From the human T2T-CHM13v2.0 reference genome, Homo sapiens, in NCBI RefSeq assembly GCF_009914755.1, contig NC_060937.1: DNA of 64,000 nucleotides; one strand, written 5' to 3'. How positions within the stretch are numbered: the first letter of the stretch is position 1; every line of letters begins with the position of its first letter. Made by a program: the position numbers and the translations under genes. This document shows, piece after piece, positions 41,589-56,766 of the stretch. The notes beneath the pieces are model-generated. The model worked only from the letters and a program-made list of their open reading frames with translations. It did not search any database and was not told the origin of the DNA.

Positions 41589-43314
41589 TTCTTTGATGGT
41601 GAGCCCAAGTCATCAGCTGAAGACAAGAGTTTCAGATCTAAGGACCAAAACTTGTCTACATAATCCAGGTTGACCAGGAGGCAGCAGTCAAGAAGAAAGA
41701 TGTGTGGTCCCTAGAATGTGGTGCAACCAGGGATGTTTATGGGCAGGGATTGGGGATGGGGATGAAGGGTACATCTAGTGGAGGTGTCTAAAGTGGTTGT
41801 TGCAAATCATTCCTGCTGTTTTATAGGCCCACTATTTTAGGCATTAAAAAAATTTCTGTGTAGTCTCTCCAGGACATTCAGATGCCTCCTGAAGCCTTGT
41901 TCAACGTTTTTGAGGTGTCTTTGTGAGATGATCTGCAGTTAGGCCCTTTTGTTCAGTAAAGTAATGTGCTTTATTCAGAATTTTCCCTAACGGATTTTTT
42001 TCCCTACTTTGCCTTTTTCAGAAAGCTCATAATCTCCCGTTTTCGAGCAACGGTGTCTCTTGTTGTCTCATCTCCAGAGAATAGTCAATTTAGCAGTCTG
42101 AGGAATAGTCTGTAGGTTCAGATCTTTTGCAAGTTGTCTCATTTCCCTGGGAATCTGGCTGTAGAACTGATTAAATCTCATCAGTTCTGTGACCCTTTTT
42201 CCTGGTGCCTGCTTCAGCTTTCTGAATCCAGTCACTAAAATGGCCAACAGGTTCAGCAGCAAAGTCTATTAAGGAAAGATCCCTGTTACCCCCTGCCTTA
42301 TGGAATGAGGCTCCATGACCTCTCTCAAGTGGGTTTAAAATCTATTGGTCCTTTTCCACATTTTAACTTTATAGTCCAGATTAGTCACAAAATCCCCATT
42401 TTAGCATGTGGCCAAAGACATCTCCCAGATGTTGACTGGTGGTTTGTGAAGGAACTTTGCACAGAAGGATATCCCTTATTTAGCATGCCTTCGTGTTGAG
42501 TCCTGGCAGAATGTCCACCCCATCATAGGGTCAAAGAAACTTCCCTTTCTCTTCAACCATCTTCCTTTCTTTTTCCATTTCTGCCTGGCCTTGCCTTGCA
42601 GACGGAGACAGAGATGTGCTTGGAGCCAACTTCAACCTCGGTCTCTGCTTCTTAACTCTCACTTCCCTTCAAGTCACCTGTGGAGTTTCTAAAAACAGAG
42701 CAACTTTGGTCAGAGGAGGAGAGATTAACTCTCTGTACTAGCATCTTTTTCCTCCAGCCTCCATCCTTTCTCCTCCTCTCTTCTACGCTCACTGACCTTT
42801 TCAGCAAGAAAGGAAATTAATGTTAGTTGAGTGCCTCCTATGTCCCAGCCACTTCCTGAAAACATTGTCTATTTCATTTAATCTAAAATCACCTTACAGA
42901 TCTTTACTTTTTAGATGGATAAACTGATACTGAACAAAGCCACCCAAGGATCTGTCAGACGACATTTGTGCTCTTGGATCACTCAGTGCTGTGCTGCCTT
43001 AGCCCAGGAATGCCCTGAATTGTTTTCCTTCCAGAGACAAGGTCTGCTACATTTGAGTTCTCTTTCTCATTTTCTTGCCATGTGAAATGAAAGTAATTCC
43101 TCAGTCCTGTCAATACCACCCTTTTCATAGTGCTCATGGTTGTCTCCCAGTACCACGATTCCCCTTTGATCGTTTTATACTTCAGGTCTTGTTCGGTCTC
43201 AGCTGCCCTCCGATGATGGCTGCCTCACCGATCCCCCTCACTCTACTCTCACCTGTGTGAGAAGCAGCAGAACCTGTGACTAATGGTCAAGGGCATAGGT
43301 GCTGCAGCCAGACT

Positions 43315-43820
43315 CCCCATTTCATACCAAAGAAAGACCAAACCCTTGAGCTTGGCCTTCAGCTCTTATATTATCTTCCTCCAATCTATTTTCCAAACTT
43401 CTTTTCCATTAAATTGCCACATACACCTTCCAGCAACCAGAGCTTCTGGACATCTCTGTCTCATATTTTTGCTTCCTTGTCTTTATGCCTCTGCACAGCT
43501 AACTCTCTGCACATTAAAATTCCGTTCTTTTTCAAGATACAAAAACCAATGGAATTCTTTCTCAAGAACGCTTCCCTGATCTTCCTGGCAGACAGTAATC
43601 TATTTACTTTGTTGACTCCCACAGTGTTTTATTAGACCTCTCTTTGGCACTTCATCATGTTTTATTATTGATTGTAGTTATTTGTGTATCCATCTACCCA
43701 ACTGGAATGTAAACCCCTCAAAACGGGGAATGTGTTGTATTAATATTTGCATTCCCCTAAGTGTCTATACAGTGTCTTTCTCATAATGAGAATTCAATAA
43801 AAATTGTGTTTAAATGACTG
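43315..43820 (+). mobile_element. L2 3' fragment
   Basis: 'ctggaatgtaaacccctcaa...gcattcccc...ttcaataaaaattg'. Confidence 0.65.
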
Positions 43821-43836
43821 GGATATGAGTTTTATC

Positions 43837-44095
43837 TAATAATAATAGCTACCATTTATTGAGCTCTTCCTCAATGCCGAGTACTGTGGAGGAGGGCTTA
43901 ATGAGTATTATCTCATTCAATCTTCACAATTTTACGAGGTACTTGTTTTCATTCTTCCCATTATTCAGATGAAGATATTGAGTCACAGATAGGTTAAGGA
44001 ATTAGCCCAACATCAAACAGCTGATAAATGACATAACCTGAACTGGCCCCCAGTGCTATTCAACTCCAAGCCCAAACTGCATTAGAGTGCCTCCT
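43837..44095 (-). mobile_element. MIR SINE
   Basis: 'aataatagctaccatttattgagc...atctcattcaatcttcacaa...cagatgaaga...ggttaaggaattagcccaa'. Confidence 0.8.
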
Positions 44096-44147
44096 CTGTT
44101 GTCAAAGGAAGACTTTATGGAGTTAGATCAGTGCATACACACGTATA

Positions 44148-45040
44148 CAGTCATGTGTCAGTTGACAACAGGGATATGTTCTGAAAAATGCCTTGTTAGA
44201 CAATTTCATCATTGTGTGAACAACATAGAGCACACTAATACAAACCTAGAAATATAGTATAGTCCACCATATACCTAGGCTACATGGTTTGGACTATTGC
44301 TTCTAAGCTACGGACCTAGGCTACATGGTATGCCCTGTTGCTGCTAAGCTGCAGACCTGAACAACATGTCATTATACTAAGTGCTGTAGCCAATTGTAGT
44401 ATAATGGTAAGTTTTTGTGTATCTAAACATATCTAAACAAAGAAAAGATACAGTAAAAATACGATATGAAAGATAAAAATGGCACACCTGTGTAGGGCAC
44501 TTAACATTAATGGAGCTTGCAGGACTAGAAGTTGCTCTGGGTGACTTAGTGAGTGAGTGGTGAGTGAATGTGAAGTCCTAGGACATTGCTGGATGCTACT
44601 GTGACTTTATCAACACTGAAGACAGGCCACACTAGATTTATAATAAAGTATTTTTCTTTCTTCAACAGTAAGTTTAAAACCTTTGCTGACTGTAACTTTT
44701 TTTAACTTTAGAAACTTTAATTTCTTAAAACTTTTTGACACTTTTGTAACAACACAGCTTGAAACACATTGTACAGTTGTACAAAAATATTTTCTTTCTC
44801 TATATCCTTAGTCTGTAAGCTTTGTTCTAATTTAAATGTTTTAAAATTTATTTTTACATTTAAATATTTTTGTTAAAAATGGAGACATAAACACACACAT
44901 TAGCCTGGGCCTGCACAGGTCAGGATCACTGAGATATCATTAGGTGATAGGAATTTTTAAGTTCCATTATACTCTTATGGGACCACCATTGTATATGTTG
45001 TCCATCATTTACCAAAATGTCATTCTGTGGCACATGATTG
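44148..45040 (-). mobile_element. Tigger3-family fossil (internally deleted)
   Basis: ta|cagtcatg...catgattg termini; colinear with 11614-13065; ~41-bp internal tandem duplication near 44272-44355. Confidence 0.88.
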
Positions 45041-45918
45041 TGCTTTCTGGTACCTTCTGCCATCTCAGCAGTCACTTTCTCAGCACTCATAGCTCTATCT
45101 TAGCTAAAATGCACTTCCTTCTTTTTGGGAAGGGTAGATTCTAAGAGCAACCACAGGGAGACCTCTCCTGCCAGCTGTGCTCCCAAGGACAGGAATTGAG
45201 CTCCACTAGGTGGACTGACTGCAGTGAACTCTCCAAAGGATATGTCAGCATTTACACAAGGCTGATTAAAATGCAGCAAACAAATCATTCACTGCCTAAT
45301 ACGCAATGCATTGTAGCTTATTTGATAGCGTACTTATGCACACATTTTCAGAAATATTCTTGTAAATCTTGTATCAAACCCTTGGGGAGATATTGGTAGT
45401 AAGCAGAAAATCAGCAAACACATTGATCCTACATGCTCTGTGATGTTAGCAGTAGTCACGAAATTGAATTTCATTTTAACATATTAAAATCAATATACAG
45501 TGTTCAGTTTAATTCAGAACGTAAATAGCATCAAGGGTTTTCAAGACAGAGAAAATAATAGTTCCTAACTTGGATATGTATGTATTATTATACAGGCAAC
45601 TTTCCATTATTTAGAACTAGTAAGACCCTGAAATAGAAAAATACCTTGCTCAGCTTATCAGATTGAACAGGAACTCAAGTTCTCAATTGATCAGAATCAG
45701 TGGCTAAAAAGGGGTTCTCATGTTAAATTAACATGGAAAGTTTAGTCATTTTTCTCTGTAATTTTATTTCAGAATAAAATTTTGCCCTAAATGGCACTTA
45801 TCACGTCTAATTCTCTAAACTGTATGTTACTACATTACCTTGCATAAAACTCCAGTGGGAGAGTGTTGAGAATATTTTTGCAGCGTGTTACAAAACAAAA
45901 CAAAATTCTCTTTGCCAT

Positions 45919-46604
<686 letters not shown>

Positions 46605-46799
46605 GACATTATGAGGGATGTGGGCCCAAGCGATGCCCCTTATTTTGGGATCTGGGAATCTGAAGTTCAGAGTTTGAGGACTCCCAGATTCTCTCACAAT
46701 ATTCTTCTGCTTTTCCTTCACACATCTCTAATATTATGGAGAAGGTGGGGAATAGCAGTTATTGCGATTATTACTGTATGATTAGTGTAGGCTCGTTAA

Positions 46800-47020
46800 A
46801 GACATGAAAATATGCCAGGGACGACACTGAGTTCTCCACACATGTGATTTAGTTAATACCCTTACTGCCCTCCCTGAAGTAGGCATTATTATTTCTATTT
46901 AATTGATGAGAAATAGAGACTTAGAGGAGTAAAACGATCTGTCTGAAGTCACATGATTTCTAAGGAACAACTGAGATTTCCACCTGGGTTTGTGTGACTC
47001 CACCTCTCAGGCTTTTTTCC
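46800..47020 (-). mobile_element. MIR SINE
   Basis: 'gtaggcattattatttctatt...gatgagaaatagagacttagaggagtaa...gtcacatg'. Confidence 0.6.
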
Positions 47021-48288
47021 ATGACTGGACTGGAGGAGGGATTGCTGTTCTCTTGGACAAAATTGTATTCAACTTCAAATAAATAAAGCCTCACCTTTAG
47101 TGAGACTTGAAATCAGAAGATGAGAGAACGGTTTATGACCCAAGCATGAAAGTATGTATTTTCCAAAGCCCAAAGGTAAGAAAGAGTTGACACAGGTAAT
47201 GTTCAGCAGCAGTGATTTTGTGGCTAACACATTCTTCTATTTTCATCATTGCTGCTGGGCCTGATGGATGTGATATTTCTGTAGGATCTCTTTTAAATGT
47301 CTAAAAGGCTAAATAGGAAGTATGTAGTCTACTGGCTAGTTTTTCAAAGTGCCTGGCTGTAGGAGTCAGGCTTGTAGAGCACATTCATCTTTTTACTCTC
47401 TCATACTGGTATGTGTGATGTCCAAAGTATACGTAATCATCCAGTCAAAAATGCTTATTGCCTGTATTACCTAAGCACTCTGAAAAAAATAAAAATCTCC
47501 TCAGTGGTATTTAAGTAGTCCTGCTTTTATCCTTAGAAGAATATATATTACCTGCTGGTTTCTAGATTTCTTGTGGTGATTGAGGAGAGCTGCACTTTTA
47601 GGAGCCACTTCTCAGGTTAGAATCACAAGGATGTTGTGAGGTAATGTCTGGAAAGCACTTTGAGCTCCTTTGAGAAAGGTGCTACATCAATACCATGTAT
47701 TATTATTTATTATCAGCCTGAGAGAAAAGCACGGGCAGGAGATGCCTTTTGTTCCCTTCCCTGGATACAACAGTGCTGTGGCTTACATAGATTTCAGTTG
47801 TGGGGATGTTCCAGCACTTGCAGTCTTTGACTGGAAAAATGCAGGCTGCTAGGGAACACTCCAGGGAGAGAGGATCAGTTTAGTGCTACAGATGAAGAAG
47901 GACAGACTCTGAGGTTGTGCAGGCCAATCACACTCTTTCTTTAATAAGCAGAAGCTGTTTCTCCTGTTGGGAAATTTAATTCCCAGAGTGTGTGTGGGAT
48001 GGGGGAGGAGATGCATTTTGCATTTCTGGAGATTCCGAAGCACTCTTTGAAAAGAAAAAAATCAAAGTGCTCAATACAGTATCCTGTGAGCTGGGTTCTG
48101 TTGCTTCCCGCCCATTCTATTTGTAAAATGAATACCCTCCTTGAGTTGAGCAGCTTGAGCTCACACAGTCTCCTCAGTGCCTTAAAATAAAAATAAACCT
48201 CATCCTTCTTGGCTGCAACAAAATTCAAGTCAATTTTAAAGTTCCAGCTCAGATGTCATTATTTCCTCTTTAAACTTTAAAAAATAGT

Positions 48289-48672
48289 TGTTATGGATTG
48301 AGTTTCGTTCTCCCGTAATTCATATGTTGAAGTCCTAACCCCTAGTACCACAGAGAGGAGCTGTATTTGGAGGAAGGGGTTTCAAAGAGGTAATTAAGGT
48401 TAAATGAGGTCCTTGAGGGTGGACCCTAATTCAATGTGGCTGAGGTTCTTAGGAGAAGAGGAGATTAGATCCCAAACACACAGAGGGAAGATCATATGAA
48501 GACAGAGAAGACAGCCATCTGCAAGCCAAGCAGAGATCTCAGAAGAAATCAGTCCTAATGACACATAGCTCTCAAACTTCTAGTTTCTAGAATTGTGAGA
48601 AAATAAAATTCCGTTGTTTAAAGCCACCCAGCCTGTGGTACCTTGTTGCAGCAGCCCTAGCAAACTAATACA
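48289..48672 (+). mobile_element. MLT1B-type MaLR solo LTR
   Basis: tgttatggattga...gaggtaattaaggttaaatgaggtc...cagccctagcaaactaataca. Confidence 0.9.
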
Positions 48673-48841
48673 ATAACCAAAAAGTAATCAGTAAAAAACA
48701 TCGTGTACTCTAAATTTTGCCACTCAAAGTGTGATCCCCAGGCCAACAGTTTTGGTGCCACCTTGGACCTGGAAAGCACCTTTGGAATGATCTGCCTTTT
48801 AACAAGCTCCGCAGGTGATCTGTGTGCATATAAAGGGCTTT

Positions 48842-49161
48842 CATTTTGTTTTTTTTGTTTTGTTTTTTATGGATTTTTTTGAGACAGAGTTTTGCTCTGA
48901 CACCCCTGCTAGAGTGCAGTGGCATAATCTCGGCTCACTACAACCTCTGCTTCCTGGGCTCAAGCCATCCTCCCAACTCAGCCTCTCGAGTAGCTAGGAC
49001 TACAGGCGCTTGTCACCATCCCTGGCTAATTATTGTATTTTTAGTAGAGAAGGGGTTTTGCCATGTTGCCCAGGCTGGTCCTGAACTCCTGGCTCAAGCG
49101 ACCCACCTGTCTTGGCTTCCCAAAGTGCTAGGATTACAGGCATGAGCCACCATACCCGACC
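48842..49161 (-). mobile_element. AluJ(b) inserted in a MER5A-like element (~48718-49185)
   Basis: TSD catataaagg at 48827-48836 and 49162-49171; MER5 motifs 'ctcaaagtgtgatcccca' and 'ttttaacaagctcc' flank it. Confidence 0.88.
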
Positions 49162-49189
49162 CATATAAAGGTTTGAGGAGTGCTCTCTT

Positions 49190-49340
49190 TGAATTATTCA
49201 GCTTGCCTTAATGGGTAACAAACCACTCCAAAACCAAGTGTTTAAATCAGCAACAATGTGTTATTTCTCAAGATTCTGTGAGTTGGCTAGGTGGTCACTC
49301 TTCCAATTTCATTGGGGCTCTCTCATGTAGCTGCATTTGT
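49190..49340 (-). mobile_element. Old MLT1 LTR fragment
   Basis: 'taacaaaccactccaaaac...ttatttctcaagattctgtgagttggctaggtgg'. Confidence 0.6.
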
Positions 49341-49364
49341 GCAACCTTTGCTAAGCAACTTGAT

Positions 49365-49769
49365 CTCACAAGACTTTAATAACATTTTTTGTTGTTGTTG
49401 TTATACATGTTGGTATGGCTACCTTATACTTAGGACTAATGGCACTAAATAGTGCCACTATTAACTGTATGTTGTTCAGGGAAGGGCAGGGCCAATGGAT
49501 TGAATAGTATGGACTTGCTGGACCTGAATCCATGACCGCTGCTTTGCCACACCAGTGTCCTTGGTAGCCTTGAATTATGATACTGGTAGAGGCATTTAAT
49601 AATTCCATTTATGGTGGGAATAAGAAATTTTATTTTTAAGTAAGTGCATTTTTTTAGAAAAGGAAGTCAGTGCAAAGACCATTACTAAGTAAATGATGTT
49701 CTAGGGTGTATGAGACTATAGCAAAAAGCATGAAGCTAGTATGTAAACTATCAAAGTTTGCAAAACACT
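49365..49769 (-). mobile_element. Charlie18a-like hAT fragment, apparently interrupted by duplicated block C
   Basis: 'ttccatttatggt...ctaagtaaat...tagcaaaaagcatgaag...aagtttgcaaaacact' resembles the recalled consensus end. Confidence 0.5.
49460..49604 (+). repeat. Local direct duplication, copy C (145 bp)
   Basis: Aligns to 50284-50431 with ~17 mismatches and one 3-nt gap; 37-bp identical core. Confidence 0.93.
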
Positions 49770-50283
49770 CTCTTAGTTCACAATTTGCAAATTTTGTAAA
49801 AGGTCAAAGGCCCTCCTACTACTTTCAATATATGTGGGGGTCTTTGAGAAGATGATAGGAAAATAAAAAGATGTGAGGTCATTAAGATATTTCTTCTTCC
49901 TTCAACCTCAGAACAGAATGGAGGTGAGAAAGTACCTCCCTATTTCCCTTCTTAACTGTGTTGCTTTTCAACCATGATTATTATGGTAATATCAGCACCT
50001 GATATTTATGTGGGATCTTATGGTTTGAAAAACTCTCACACATGCTTGATGTCATTTGATCTGTAAAGTATTTTATCTGTATGGCATTTTATCCTATATA
50101 GAAAGTAAGCAGAGTGATCGCTTGTCTTTGAAGCGAAGGAAGGTCTGGGTATTGTTGGAATCATTCTCTCAGTAGGGGCAGAGCTTCCCCTATATGCATA
50201 GTTTTCTATAAAGCTGATCCTATTTGTTGGAGGCCAACAGTGCCTTTGGTTTTCTGGGAATCACTGGATAAATCACAGTCAAC

Positions 50284-50431
50284 ATTAACCACATGTTTTC
50301 CAGGGAAGGGCAGGGCCAATGGATTGAATAGTATGGAGGGCTGGCTGGACCTGAATCCAAGACCAATGCTTTGCCAAATCAGCATCCTTGGTAACCTTGC
50401 ATCATGATACTGGTAGAGCCATTTAATAATT
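50284..50431 (+). repeat. Local direct duplication, copy D (148 bp)
   Basis: Paralog of 49460-49604. Confidence 0.93.
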
Positions 50432-52275
50432 GGCAATATTGGCACAAAGTAGTGTGCCATGTAAAGCACTCCTGTTCTTCAATTTCTACTTCAAATTGTC
50501 ATTTCTTCCTCAGGTCCTTTGATGTGGAATTTCTTTCCCCCTTTACTTGCAATTCATAGAAATTTTAAGGTTTTTCTATTCTATTCGTGTTAAATGACTT
50601 TGTTTGGAGTTATGTTTGTAATGACTTCCAGTGCAAAAAGTGATTCCTTAAGAGCAGAAACAAAGTCTTACCAATGTTTGTAGTGACCACAGCCTCCAGT
50701 ACCATGCTTTGTACATAGCAGGTGCTGAAGGAAGCTTACGGGCTTGAGATTAAAACATAAGACACAAAGTATTACCAAAAAGAGAAAAGATTCTAATAGT
50801 ATGTTATTTTGCATCAATATTCTTTTGAGACTTTTATATTTTGTAAATTGTAGCCTAGGTATAAATTTTTCATGGTCCAGTTCACCTTTTTAAGAAACTT
50901 TCTGTCATCCTTTCTAGATGTGAGAATTTAGGTTCATTTAGGAGCTATGGCAGAATAAAATGCTGCTATCCTGGGATCTGCGAGCAGACTTTTATCTTTA
51001 ATTTTAAAATATGTAATCCCTATTTCTCCACTGAATTTTGAAAATTACAGGCACACATTTTGTGAAACATTCCTGTTTTTCTTTAGTTGTGTGTACATTA
51101 ATTAATGGTTATTTATACACATGTTAAAAATGTCTCAGATAATGTCACTTGAATAAGACTTTGTATAGGTAGAACTAATACAGCAATTTAATAATTTACA
51201 TCAGCATTAAGATTGGCTTAGCATTCAAAATAAAAGCTATTTAAGCAGGCAAAGAATTTAGCAGTAGCTTTGTATGTTTTTATGTAACCTATAATTAAAA
51301 TTATTAATGGTAGAAATCTTTCAGTAACTCTACAGAATAACAGCTTGAATTCTCATGAACACTTGGTTACTGTCTCTAATATTGAGGATTGTACTGGCTC
51401 ATTTCATCCCAGGTCCTAAATTTACTAAGGGATAGTGTCAAACCATTATTTAAAGGCTACACAGTTTTCTGATCATGTGCTAACCCCTGAGCATATTTTG
51501 TTTATTTGTGTAATTACTCCTCTTAGCTGTGAGAATTTGGAAGTGCAAGTACAGGAACAATATCTGCATACCATATTGTATTTGTTTCATATTTTCATTT
51601 AAAAAACCCACACACATTCTGCAGTAAGATGATGACAAGCTAGAAGTAGTCCCTAATATAACCTTTCCCAGCTTCTCATGAAAATACTCGCAAACAGCTC
51701 AACATCTTTTAGAAAACAGAGGCTCTTGGAAAGTTCCAAAATGTCTCATGGGGGATTGAAATATACAGACAGGAAGAGCTACTGAAGAAAATAACCATTG
51801 ATTGATGCTTCAAAAAGCAAGGGAAATAAGGTCAAAATGTATATATTGTAAAATTAAAAGTATGTTAAAGGGAATGAAAAGGTTTGAATGCTCCTGAAAA
51901 TTAAAGTTAATACTAAACCGTATGGCAGAGTCTGAGGTGTGAAGGGGTTTGCCATCTGTGATTTGGAGGCACTGGTTTGAAGAACCCAGTTGTAGCCTAC
52001 ACATGCATTTGAACCTGAACAGCATGGCTGGCTGGCACGCAGGATGGAGGACGTGTTGACTCATCAGTCAGCCTCTTGGATGAAAGAGTAGGGGCAGGTA
52101 ACTGGACAGCTATCACCTACGTTTAGGACACATCTTTTGCATTGGCCAAAACAGAAACAGCCTTTATTTTGTGTATACTGTTACTTACAGACTCCAATCA
52201 TCCTGAGTTGGGTGGTAAACAGATGCATACTGAAATTCTAGACCATATTTTGTTATAAGGTAAAGATCAAGCCCA

Positions 52276-52276
<1 letters not shown>

Positions 52277-52311
<35 letters not shown>
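52277..52311. repeat. (CA)n microsatellite
   Basis: Directly visible. Confidence 0.97.
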
Positions 52312-52318
<7 letters not shown>

Positions 52319-52717
52319 CACATCCATATTTATATATGGTTGTGCACATGTGCCCTTGGTAACATTTTGGAGAATTTGGAAACTATAATTTGTAAGGTTA
52401 TATAGGCCAAATTTTCTCACCAAAATAAATGAGAAATTCTATTTTTAAAAATCTAGATAGAAATGTTCAGGCCCTTAAAAGCTAAAAAATACCGTCCTAA
52501 AACCTGGTTAACAGAAACCAACCATGCAGTTGTAGATTAATTTAAACATACAAATATGAGAATATTATACATCAAAATGTATGGCATATTTAAAGATATG
52601 CTAAGAAATATATTAACTATTAAAAGATAGAAAATGTAAGTCATTTAATCATTAAATTCAATACTTAGAAGAAAGCAAAGAAAACCCCAGAAAGTAAGAA
52701 GATAAAAATGATAAAAC

Positions 52718-53308
52718 TGAGATAGGAGCAATACAAGGTGGTCGCAGGAGAATGGAAAATTCCTGAAGGCCGTTTCACATGACTGGCAAAAGGGAACTGT
52801 TGAAATAGCTGCAGAAGCTAGTTGCTGATAAGACCTGAAAAACCAGGGCATGGGCCAAATTTGCTAAGACTGACTGGACCCAACATGGCACTGGATTTGA
52901 CTTAGGTTCACCTAGGGCCTCATTAGATGCTCACGAACATACTAAATCACACACACACCAGTGTCATGACAGTTCTGGGAACACACATATTTGATGCAAA
53001 AATGGGCGGCATCACAGTTCCAAGAAACCTCCACCTATTTCCAGGAATTTTTATGAATATTCTACCCCTTGGTTAAAGAAACCCATAAAGGTAGCGGCCC
53101 CAAACCCCCTTGTGTGACTCTCTTGAGTACACTCATACTCCCCTTTCTTGAATGTGTACTTTTCATTCTACAATAAATTTCCACACTTTCACCATTTTCC
53201 AACTTGTCCTTGAATTTCTCCTTGCAAGATAGTGTCAACAGCCTGGACACTGGCCAGGGTCAGAGGTCCCACCAACGTTTGGAGACCTCCCTTAGCCCAC
53301 CAGCATCA
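52718..53308 (+). mobile_element. ERV1 solo LTR, MER66(C)-type, with 4-bp TSD, inserted in an old L1 remnant
   Basis: tgagataggagca...gcatca termini; TSD aaac at 52714-52717 and 53309-53312; AATAAA near 53172. Confidence 0.85.
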
Positions 53309-53367
53309 AAACTAACTGCAGAAATTAGTGAGTTAGAAAGCAAAATGTGTGATTACAAAGTAAATCT

Positions 53368-53673
<306 letters not shown>

Positions 53674-54039
53674 CTAAGAACTGCTTAATTTTCATGAAAT
53701 TCGGCAAGATAAATGTTTAGCAAAGCTAATTAATTAGATAAAATACATAAAATTAGAAATAAAAGTTATAAAAACTGCTTACATGAGCATATTACGTACA
53801 ATTTTATATTAATAATTTTAGTCTAAATGAAATACATGATTATTTGTGGGGGGGGGGACTATATATGCTCAAAATCGACCTAACAATTGAAAATCTGCAA
53901 GATAATTTTTTAAATCTAAAAAAGCTTTCCCAAGGTATTTGTACAATCAACAATTTTAAAATTATCTGCAAAATTTACTGAGAAAAAAAGTTACAAAGCA
54001 AAAGTGACATGCGCTTGGGTAGACACCAGCACGGCTTCA

Positions 54040-54232
54040 CTAATCTCTGAAGCAAGGTGGACATGGTCCTCTGTCAACTGTCAGCCAAGGTCCTTAGGAG
54101 ACTTTGATAAGCAGAGCCCCCTACTGACCCACGCTGAACGTATAACATGAATGAGAAATAAACTTTTGTTTTGTTAGGTCACTGACATCTTGAAGTTATT
54201 TATTACTACCTATTTTGTCTGATACTGACACT
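54040..54232 (+). mobile_element. MLT1(I/J)-type LTR 3' fragment
   Basis: 'gcagagcccc...catgaatgagaaataaacttttgttttgtta...cactga'. Confidence 0.6.
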
Positions 54233-54317
54233 GATATAAAAATATATTCAACAATGTAGAATAAATAACCAGAAAACAGCCCGATTATCTAAAACAATAT
54301 AATATGCAATAAAGAGG

Positions 54318-54645
54318 GGCTGGGTGCCGTGGCTTACACTTGTAATCCTAGCACTTTGGGAAGCCAAGCCGGAAGGATCACATGAGCCTAGGAAGTTGAG
54401 ACCAGCCTGGGTAACACAACGAGACCCCATCTCTACTAAAAATAAAAAACATTAGCTGGGCCTGGGCATTGTGGCACATGCCTGTAGTCCTGTTTACTTG
54501 GGAGGTTGAGGTAGGAGGATCTGTTAAGCACAGTAGGTCAAGGCTGCAGTGACCCATGATTGTGCCATTGCACTCTAGTCTGGGAGACAGAGAAAGACCC
54601 TGTCTCAAGAAACATACAACAATCGAACAAAAGTAAATAAATAAA
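54318..54645 (+). mobile_element. AluJ
   Basis: Dimer with J diagnostics and a degenerate A-rich tail. Confidence 0.9.
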
Positions 54646-55342
54646 TGAGGCATCACAGATAAGTGGGAAGGCACAGAGATAACTAGTTATATGGAAAAAT
54701 AGAGATTTTGATTCTTACGTTATACCATAGAAGAAAAGAAAAAGTCAAGACATAAAAGTAAAAGGCATCATGAGGGTGAATACTGAAACTCTGAAGAGGG
54801 CTGTAGGCTTTTGAGGGGATTTAAAAACATTTGGAACTGGAAAAAAAGCTAACTCCAAAGAAAGACTCATAAAATTTAAACTAATAAATGTTAAATTAAA
54901 TATTAAGAAACTAAAACCTAGTCTGCTGCCACTCAAGTCTTAAATACAGTAATTATATGAGTTCCAATCACAAAGATAAAATCAAGTAATGTCTTCTTAG
55001 CAAAACTCATAATTTAGCTTATAAGATCTTATAATCAACATTGAATTCATCTTGGAGAATCCCAAAGCATCATTGGCCAGACTTAGAGCTTGGGTTTTCA
55101 ACTTGGCTTTTCTGCTTGTCAGAGATGTGAGCTCTGATAGTCACGTAACCTCTTGAAGACAGCTTCTCTTTCTGTGAAGGCATTGAGTCAGGTGATCTTA
55201 AAGTCTCTTCCAATTGTCAAATACTGTGATAATATAATTATCTATAGCAATCAAAATATTTTAAAATATTGTTAAAAGGAGATATAAAATAACACAAAAC
55301 AGATTGGCTTAAAAGAGAAAGCATATATTTATAAAAGCATAG

Positions 55343-55925
<583 letters not shown>

Positions 55926-56766
55926 CATGTATTAAACAAGTTAGTCTTATTTTCCGCTTGGAATTCGACAATTTGATGCATGTGTATACTTAGATAAGAT
56001 ACAAAGAAGACATGTGAGTCTTTTACTGTAGCAAAACTCCAGAATTCCACAGTCATAAATTCAGTCTTATGACCTGGTGACCTATTTTTGATGAGCAAAT
56101 TTTTTGCGAATTACCCAGTAAGAAGCCAACACACAAAGTAAAAGGATAACATATCATGACAAGTATTTAGGTCATTTATTTTGATATGTGAGGTTTGATT
56201 TTAATTATTCATACAATTTCATAGTGCAGGAATAAGTGTCTTGTGTTATTTTTCCAAAAACTAATGAAGGTGTCTAAAGATAAGCTCTCACTAGAGCACT
56301 TTTCTATGAAATTCTTACAGAAACATTTGTTTAGTGAAACTTGCCAAATTTAGATTACATGACATCAAAATGAGTGAGGTTCGGACAAACTAAATGTGTT
56401 TTAAACTTACAAAATAATAGAAAGTAGATATGTGCTTAAGAATAGGAAATTAAGTCACCAAGTAATAGTTCTGATTTTTGCCCATTCAACCACTACTGCC
56501 CCTTTTCAAGTCCAGCAGTCAGACTGGACTAGGGGATGAGATCCTAGGCTTTCTTTTCACATTCAAGAGAAGGAATAGGTTTTTATCAAAGGCTATGAAA
56601 TACTAGATAATGTCAACATCTGTCATTGACAGGAACATGATTGTCAAAACATTTATGAAGTAGATACTCTGTGCCAAGCACCGTACCAGATTCTAAGAAT
56701 ATAAAGGTGAACACAACCCAGTTCTTACTCTCAGGGAGCCTGAAGTCTACTGTGGAGATAAACACA

